Origin: Cycas panzhihuaensis
Taxonomy: Eukaryota > Plantae > Cycadophyta
Direction of reading: 5' to 3'
Assembly (NCBI GenBank): GCA_023213395.1
Contig: CM041465.1
Span: 161,765,741-161,829,740, forward strand
DNA length: 64,000 bases
The translations under genes were made by a program, and so were the position numbers. Every line of letters starts with the position of its first letter. Within the stretch, counting starts at the first letter, position 1. Below are positions 55,473 through 64,000 of this stretch, one piece after another. Below the pieces are notes generated by a model. That model was not told the origin of the DNA, did no database searches, and saw nothing but the letters and a program-made list of their open reading frames with translations.

Positions 55473-58400
55473 TGTTAAACTTTTAACATGGAGAATATTC
55501 AACATTAATACTAATGGATAAGATCAATGAAAAAAATGAGAACTATATTAACTCATATCAAAGATAGCTACAACATGATACTACCACACCACAAACTCAA
55601 CTAGAGACTCCATGATGACTTGATATCCATACTCTACCTCACTCACCTATTTATATATCATAGGTGGGAATATGAAGGTGAGGTGAGTTACATATGGGAC
55701 AAGAGATCTTTAACCTACGCAATGACTTTCAACTATAACTGACCAATGACCTTCCAACTACTTACATAATAATATTATAATATGTAGCCCTTAGACCTTA
55801 ACATAATACTTAGGATTTCAACATTATTGACCCTAAATATATTAAACATTCACATATTAAACATTATCTTTTAATACCTCTCATTAATATTTAATACCAT
55901 GACTATAAAAAACTAAATACCAAAGACATCATGATACCTAATACTACATATTGTCAATAAAACTGACACAAGATAAGACATTGGATATTGTTTGAATTTA
56001 CAGTGCCTTAATCTAAGAATTTTTCTAAAGATGTTGTCATGAGATCGATCTTCATTTGGAATGCAGCAAAGACTTTTATTCCTATATACCATGATTGTTC
56101 CATCATCTCATATTTCTTGCTTGATAACTATTACAATATTTGAGTGTCCCGATTATAAGTATGATCTCCTTTGATTATTGACTCTAGGATCAAATGTGAC
56201 AACATATGGTGTGGGCTTTAAGACTTCCATGAAACAACATATATTTCTCTCCAAAGCAATAAGTATGATCAACTTCTCAAGCCAACAAACACTCTCTTGA
56301 AAGAGAAGGAGGAACAATAATTTATTTCCTAACTCCACAAGTACAGGCACTTGTCCTAATTCAACAAAATACTTTATTTTCTTTTCATCATCCAAGAAAT
56401 CTATTGACATTCCAAATATAATAAAAATTTCTATCATGATCACATGTGCACACTTCCTAATCATGGTTACATAAAGACAATATATCACCTTAACATGATT
56501 GATTTTTAAGACTAAGTAACCTGCCCAAAATATATAATAATCCTAGTGGACAAGATTTTGACCAAATGATATTATAGCTATATCCTTCCTTTCTTTGAAG
56601 GAATCTTCCAGTGCCATTATAGGATATGTTAACACAATTTAAATTATTTTTAAGGATAAGAATAGAAAATTCTATCATATTAAGCATGACCAAATAGAGT
56701 TTTGTACACATGTACACAACTGTATGACCTGATAGCATTTAACATTGGCAATTAATCTATCAACAAAAATAACTATAATATTACCAAACTATTTTACTAA
56801 GGTAGTTGTGTCACCATAATGTACCACCTATAACAGATACTCTTTAAAATCATTTTTAGGTTTTTGAACCTCCATTCTTTTAATAATTTGCAATGTGGTC
56901 TTCCCTTTCAACATTCTAAGGCTCAAAGTGTTTGGTGAAATAATATTCTTCTCAATCATTAAATCTTTATTTTTATTTTCTTCCTTAGATTTTAAATGAT
57001 GATTATTAGGCCTATTTTTAAGAATAGGTTCACACAACTTTTCATATATTTTATGAGCTTCAAATAAGTCTATGAGAGATATAGTCTTACAAGAATTAAT
57101 TTGTTTGCTTACATTCCCCTTTTTTGCTTTCCTCTTTAGCTTTGTTTTCTGGTTCTTGGTTAGGTCATCACACATAGCCTATTCTTCAAGAGTGACATTT
57201 TCTCTTGCTTTACCTTTGTTACCTGCATCACATAATTAATTTATCTTTTCAATAATCTCCTGTACCACTTTAGGGTCTTTTCATGCACTTCCTTCAAGAA
57301 ACTTTAGGCCTCTTTAGCTAAGTCAATAATTTAAAGTGTATGAATAAGGAATTGGTAAGAAGGAAGAAGGTTTTCATTATCAAAAGTTGTAAACATTACA
57401 TCAATGGCTACTATGTTCTTCTTCTTGAAGTTTTCCTCCCCATCTTCCTTAATCAATGCAGTACCATTAAGAATAATTTTCTATAATCCTTTATCCATAA
57501 ATATACATTCCATATTAATTTTTTAAATTTAAAAATTAGTTTTTATATATTTGGGCAAGGCTATGCTATTATTTGTTAGCCAAAATTCATTCTTCTCTGA
57601 TACAAAAATAATGAAATTACTCAACTCCATGATGTATGAATTAGTTGATTCATGCACCTACTTCAACTTGAAATAAATTTATCAAATCGCAGTAAATACC
57701 TCTAAATCATATACCAAAATATTTGTTTCTGAAATGTGGTTCCAACGCCTCAAACCATTTGGAAAATAGATGCCTAGATGGAGAGATATAAGCAAAAATG
57801 TGTAGACACCTCTTTATAAAGAATAACTTATGTTATTAGGAGATTAACCCCTTTAATCAGTTAATAGCTGGTCACATTAATACTCCATATGACTGGGAAC
57901 TTTACTCCTAGGGGGCTAGTAAATTTTAAACATATTTTAATTTACCTTTTTCTAATTTTAACCATGCAAAAATAATTACATTCACTTAATAAAATTTCAT
58001 GTTCCTAGAATTGAAATTTTTTTTCCAATCTATTTGATTTAATTTTGAACTTTAAAAAATAATTATCCAAATGCATAACTTATAAACTCATATAGTGGAT
58101 CATCGAGGGTTGATTTCATTTGGTTCTTGTATATACTTAAGGTTTACCAACTAGTGCCAATCACCTTTCATCCTTATGCATTTTCTCTCTTTGTTTATAT
58201 TATGTTGGGCTCTGCCTATGATTGTGACAATGCTTAGATTTCAGTCTAATTTTGTAACCTTCAATAGTGAGACACATTTGGCATAGCCAACACTATGGAC
58301 AAGTATTTACCTGCACTTTGGAGCTCCACATCGATCAATTACTCATCCTCCATCCATCCCTATTTTTCTTTTCTCTTATGAATTTTATGAGATCTCCAAT

Positions 58401-60008
58401 CCTCTTCTTTTGTATGGCAGTAATCAAGGGAGCGTGGTTAGCTAAAAGTAGCAGAATTAATGAAAGAAATGCTTATGAGAATAGAATAGTAGGAACATAA
58501 GGAGTTACACAAGAAAAGGACTAGGGTTTTAATTATCCTATTCCTTCATATGGTCCAATTCTATTTGGTGTAAATATCACCACCAATCATAAGCATAATG
58601 AGAAAAATAGTTCTAATTATGACTTGGATGTGGCTACTTTATGTTGTGACTATAATTTCATAGTAGAACACTAAAGTGGTAGCATATATTTTCATGACTT
58701 TCTTAGATGCTTTTACAACTAATAATTGAGGTAGGTGTGCATAGATCAAAATTTTAAATTTTGGGTATCTGGATTAGGTATACCTGTTGTTTTTGTGTGA
58801 ACATAACACCAAGAGGTGAGCGCAGTTTATCTACGTATGCAGAGATAGGCTTGCACAAACCACATGCAGCCTTGTTCCATGATTATAAGATCTCAAATTT
58901 TCATTCTATTTTCTTTTATGATGCTCTGGTTTACCTACAATATTACTCATCTAGTTTTTATGTAGGATCTTAGAGACATATGGGTAGTAGTTAGGACAAG
59001 CTTCCATCATTAGTAACTATTATAATATTTTCCTATGGTGGTTATAGGCTTCCATAATGTCCTTCTTACATCTATATCTCTTTGCAATAATTAATCCCAG
59101 TGAATGGTGGTGGATTTTATAATAGACTTCTGATTTAAGGTATAAACACCTATATAGTTCTATTAGTGATTCTTCAGTTAACAATTAGCATGATTTTCTA
59201 TGGTAAGTGGGATTCTTGTAGTTGATTCACAACTTTAGCAAGGCTAATATAGAAGACCTCTCCTTTTTCTTGCATGTATAATTTATGATTTTTGTGACTA
59301 ACTTTAAATTTAACCAATCAACTCCTTAATAAACCCTAATAGGTATCAGATCTTTATAGAATTTAATGACTAATACTTTTTTACATGTCACCCTTAATTT
59401 CAATTTCATCAATAAAAGACTTTGTAAAATTACCCAATACAACTTCTATCTTGTATCACAACTTGGAACACCTTGCAATAGTGATGGCTTTGGGACTTTA
59501 CCTTCCTAATTTAAATATTCAATCTATTAACCGACTTAATAGAGCCATCTCCTCCCTTATCAAAAAACTTGGCAGACCTATAAAACATCGACCTTAATAT
59601 GTAACCTGCTCTAATACCATGTTAAACTTTTAACATGGAGAACATTCAACATCAATACCAATGGACAAGATTAATGAAAAAAATGAGAACTATATTAACT
59701 CCATCAAAGATAGCTATAACATGATACTACCACACCACGAAATCAACAAGAGACTCCATGATGACATATATCCCTACTCTACCTCACTCACCTATTTATA
59801 TATCATAGGTAGGAATATGAAGATGAGGTGAGTTACATATGCGAAAAAAGACCTTTAACCTACCCAATGACTTTCGACCTACTAACTAACCAATGACTTT
59901 CCAACTACTTATATAACAATATTATAATATGTGACCCTTAGACCTTAACATAATACTTAGGACTTTAACATTATTGACCCCAAGTATATTAAACATTATA
60001 TTCTAATA
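55473..60008 (-). mobile_element. LTR element E7 with gag remnant but no recognisable pol
   Basis: About 390-400 bp direct repeats 55473-55876 and 59620-60008. PBS TGGTATTAGAGC at 59608-59619. Degenerate PPT at about 55877-55885. Weak TSD AATTT/GGTTT. Confidence 0.85.
56100..57580 (-). pseudogene. Copia-type gag N-terminus followed by unrecognised decayed reading frames
   Basis: Near 57560-57400 it reads LPKYIKTNFKFKKINMECIFMDKGL*KIILNG...NFKKKN, matching the PKFDGxNFxxWKxKMExxLxxKGLW gag pattern. Downstream frames show no PR/IN/RT motifs. Confidence 0.55.
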
Positions 60009-60971
60009 GGTTTCAGATTCCTCTTAGAGTTTCTTATTGATAGGCATTTCTTCACTTGATTTATATAAGTCACTTATGATTCATTATATTATTCATCATA
60101 TTGCTCTTCGATAGGCTCCACATTAGTTTGTCTTTCAACTAGCTTAGTTAGCTCTTCTCTTATATCCTCCTTAATAGCTTCAAGATTGGTTATTCTTTTC
60201 TAAAACATATCTTGTATTCTTGGTAGGATTTCTTGTATCTCTTTAAATATGTCTTTCCTTTTATATTTATTCTTGAAGTATGAAAAGTCCTCTCTAATGT
60301 GGTTCATCTAGTGTTCACTCCACCACCTTATAATTCTTCTAGTAAACCTTATGAGAAAATATTTTAAGAAGCACTCTCAATTAAGATAGTGATCTAAGAG
60401 TTTATGAATGGCCCACTTTTGAGCTTGTCCATCATATATTCTCAAATATATATGTATAATAGCTTATTTTCTATATAGGGCCAAATATTAAATCACTTTT
60501 CAATCTTATTTCAGTCATTCTATAAGTTGTACACTTCCATCTTTAGTAAAAATAGGAATATAATTCTCTACAATTTTATTATAAAATCCTATTATTAAGC
60601 ATCAACTTCCTATAAAAATTAAGCCATTAAATTAAAAGCAAACTATATCACTCAATAGCTCATTTTAAAGGCCTTGGAGCCAAGGTTTCAATGGTGTATA
60701 TGGAATCAAATTCTAGCACCTATAGTAGAAGTTATGGTAGAAAATGCACAAGTGTCTCTTTTGGGAAACCAAACTGAAAAAACTTAGGAGTTTAGTCTCA
60801 TTTAGGACTTTGGCCCTTAGTCACTTAAGGTCAGTACATGACTATTTGCTAATAGGAAGGGACTAATAATTAAACTTTGAGGAAAAAAATAAATAAATTA
60901 GTTAAATTTCTCAAAATCAAAGTTAAAAAATACCCCTTTAAAATTAGAATATTTTTATGTCACCTATTATA

Positions 60972-61262
60972 TGGTGGGATAATACCTACATTAGGGTGAT
61001 AATCCATATCTTAGAGGTGGTATCTTGAAAATAGATCACTTGTCAGGTGTTTGTTAATGCCAAGTGGTGGTAGACCTTAAGAGGTATGCCAAACCATCTT
61101 AATCCCACCCATATGTGTATGGGTTCCAAAGACCTTGGTGTTCATTAACATCACCCTCTTCACAGAACTCATTTGTCACTTCTTACTTTGTCATTTGTGG
61201 ATCATTCATAATCCTATTATCTCACATCTTCTTGGCTCTCTCTAACCTTCATTTGGTATCAT
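60972..61262 (+). mobile_element. Isolated 5' LTR (60972-61251) with PBS-like site
   Basis: Starts TGGTGGGATAAT like the E3 3' LTR and ends CCTTCA-TT-TGGTATCAT. Confidence 0.55.
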
Positions 61263-61324
61263 AGTAACAATGTGTCTATTTAGATTTATTACCTTATATT
61301 TATGTATGGTTGGAGAGTCTTATA

Positions 61325-64000
61325 TGAAAAGTATACACATATTTATATACATATAAAAAAATATGAAACCATGCATGCATTCTGAGTTATATGATCTTAA
61401 CCATACACAATAAGCAATAATAAGAGCATAGGTACACAAGATATAGAATTTATGTAGGAAAACCTTTTTAGGAAAAAACCCACCACAAATAATTATATGA
61501 TCACACTAATGATTCTTAGATGAAATTACAATGGTTTTTGGGGTTATGTATGGTCCCCCAAATGGTACATCCAACCTAAATGATTGTGACCCTCTAAAAT
61601 TATCACTCCCTTTTAGTTAATACTAATTAAACCATATTTATTATTAAACAAATCGCTTAGTCTTTTAATTGCCATACTAATATCCCCCTTTAATGTAAAT
61701 GTGAGAATTCAATCTATAGCTTGAAATCATTGACGAAGATTGGGATTATCCTGATTCATACATCTTCCCTTAAGGATAACTACTCCAAGTCCTAATCTGG
61801 TATAAATCTTGGTGAATTTATCTTCAATAAGTGCTTTAATAAATACATTTGTAAGTTATTTCTTACTTAGATAAAAGTCAACCTATAACTTTCTTACTTT
61901 GATCAATTCATGAATGTAATAGTGGTGAATTTCAATATTCTTCCTATGTGCATGAAACTTTGGATTCTTTATTAGATAAATAGTGCTCTGGTTATCAACT
62001 AAAATAACTACGGTGCTATAGGATATACCAAGGATACCCAAAATCCCTTACAACCATACAACTTCTCTCATACTAATAGTGAATCCCTGATATTCTTCCT
62101 TTATAGAAGATAGTGCCACTATCTACTACTTCTTTGATTACCATGATATAAATCTATTGCCATTACCAAACACATATATAATAGTGGATTTTTTATCATT
62201 AGGATCTTCTCTCGAATCTACATTAGTACAGTCATGTAACTTTATATCTCCAATAAAAAAGGTGCTCTAAACTAAGATTAAGAATCACTTTTAAATATCT
62301 CATAATCCACTTAGTTATAGCCCAATGTGGCTCCTATGGATTTTACATACAATAAGAAACTAATCCAATAATATACATAATATTTGGCCTAGTATGAGTC
62401 AAATAGATTAGACTCCTTACCAGTTGTTTATACAACATTCCATCTATAGTAGTTTGTTGCATATCCTTTGAGAGTTTTGTGTCTTTTTCATATGGTATTT
62501 GAGTAGACTCGCATTCCTCCATCTTAAATTTCTCTAGTAATCTCTTTGTATATTTTGTTTATAATACTAAAATCTTATCTTCCATCTACCTTATCTCAAT
62601 GCCTAAGAAATAATATAGAGCCTTGAGATCTATCATGTTAAAAGTTGCTTCCAAATTAGATTTGACTTATATAATAGTCTTATAATAGTTGCCAGTGATC
62701 ATTAAATCATTAACATATAACATAATATCTGCTATTAAAATTTATTTTCTTTTAATATACAAATTTAGCTCTAGATCTGAAATAATAAATCCTTCTTCTT
62801 TTAATTTAGTATCAATCTTTAAATACTAAGCATATGGTACTTATTTTAGGCTATAAATTGACTTTTAAAATTAGCACACAAGATGCTCTTATCCTTCCTT
62901 AACAAAACCAAGAGGTTATACCATGTATATTTCTTCTTTTAACTCTCTATTAAGGAATGTTGATTTTACATCCAATTAGTATAGCTTCCAACCATATTTT
63001 ACTACTAATGAAAGGATGAAATGAAACATTGTCATCTTTGAAACTAGTGTATATGTCTCCTCATAATCGATCCCTTCTTTTTATTTAAATTTTTGCATAA
63101 TAAGTCAAGCCTTATACTTGTCCAGCTCTCTATCAAAGCAAAACTTAGTCTTATAGACCCACTTACAATCAACAAGGTTTTTCTTAAGAGGAAGAGGAAC
63201 TAGCTTCCATGTTATATTTTTTTATAAAAGAACCAAATTCCTCCTCCATAGTAGCTCTCTGACGAGGATCAAATTTTACTTCATCATATGAAGTTGGGTC
63301 TTATGAGTTTGTGATATTTACCATTAAAGTCTAAATGGCATGTTGACTTCTTATTGTTCATCTATTTGTAAAATCTTACAATGTCACACTAAAATCTTAA
63401 ATGATCTTCATGGCCCATAATAGCATAGAAACACCTAGTATCGAATGTGTCTCTACATATGACTACTTTTGATTATTACCTTTCCTACTTAGTCCTTCTT
63501 TAGTCTAAATCATACCATATGATTTGTTGTTCTCTATAATTGATGAAACACCAATAGGAAATGAAAGTAGTAGGGGGTAAAAGGATTCTTCAAACAATGT
63601 CTTCTCAACATGATACATCATAGACTTATCAAATTTTACATCTTGACTAGTAATAAATTTTCTCCCTTATAGATCCCATAGTTTGTAAGATTTGTTTTAA
63701 TCAGAATACCCCATAAATATACACTTCAAACTCTTGTGATGCAATTTTTTATAATTTTTATTTAGGATGTATGCATATGCAGTGCACCCAAAGGTTTTTA
63801 AATGGCAAATGGTAGGTTTATAACTAATCTATTTTTCTAAAGGGTCATGCCACAAACTATTTTTGTGGGTACCTTATTTAGGATATAAATGATAGTCCCA
63901 ATAGCTTCTACCCAAAATTTAGATAACAAGTTCTTCATATGTATCATACTCCTTGCCGCTTTTGTCATGGCATGGTTCTTTTTTTTAGTAATAATGTTTT
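61325..64000 (-). mobile_element. Decayed Ty1/copia element E8 (3' LTR about 61325-61682, PPT, RNase H-RT-integrase), E4-related, continues past window end
   Basis: PPT TCCCCCTTTAA at 61683 on the plus strand. 61780-64000 is colinear with E4 at about 38150-40330. The left LTR boundary is approximate. Confidence 0.85.

Noticed and set aside
60010-60540. Possible gypsy gag remnant on the minus strand
   Set aside because: Coding-like composition but no motif I can identify confidently.

Overview
AT-rich (roughly one-third GC by eye), CpG-depleted intergenic DNA from a large-genome land plant; a gymnosperm-like host is a guess only. I see no host gene. The window is a stack of nested, mostly decayed retroelements. 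(1) An old minus-strand Ty1/copia element E0 (<1-20746) was hit by copia E1 (1159-15995), whose 5' LTR holds a full-length RNase H-bearing L1 LINE (9371-15846, 17-bp TSD), and by a 5'-truncated copia E2. (2) E0 sits head-to-head, 4 bp apart, with a sister element E0b (20751-~24590). (3) Internally deleted copia E3 (30386-36822) carries a composite insert in its 5' LTR: a TRIM-like PBS-PPT unit, a 58-bp palindrome and a further LTR. (4) E4 (37833-44084) is the best-preserved copia element. (5) Non-coding LTR element E5 (44664-52922) contains copia E6 (47845-51990). (6) E7 (55473-60008) has gag but no recognisable pol. (7) Copia E8 runs off the right end. There are also solo LTRs, gypsy remnants and microsatellites. 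The most striking cross-cutting signal is that seven elements with different arm sequences each place the PPT/3'-LTR junction in the loop of an inverted repeat. Element labels E0-E8 are mine, and all alignments were done by eye.
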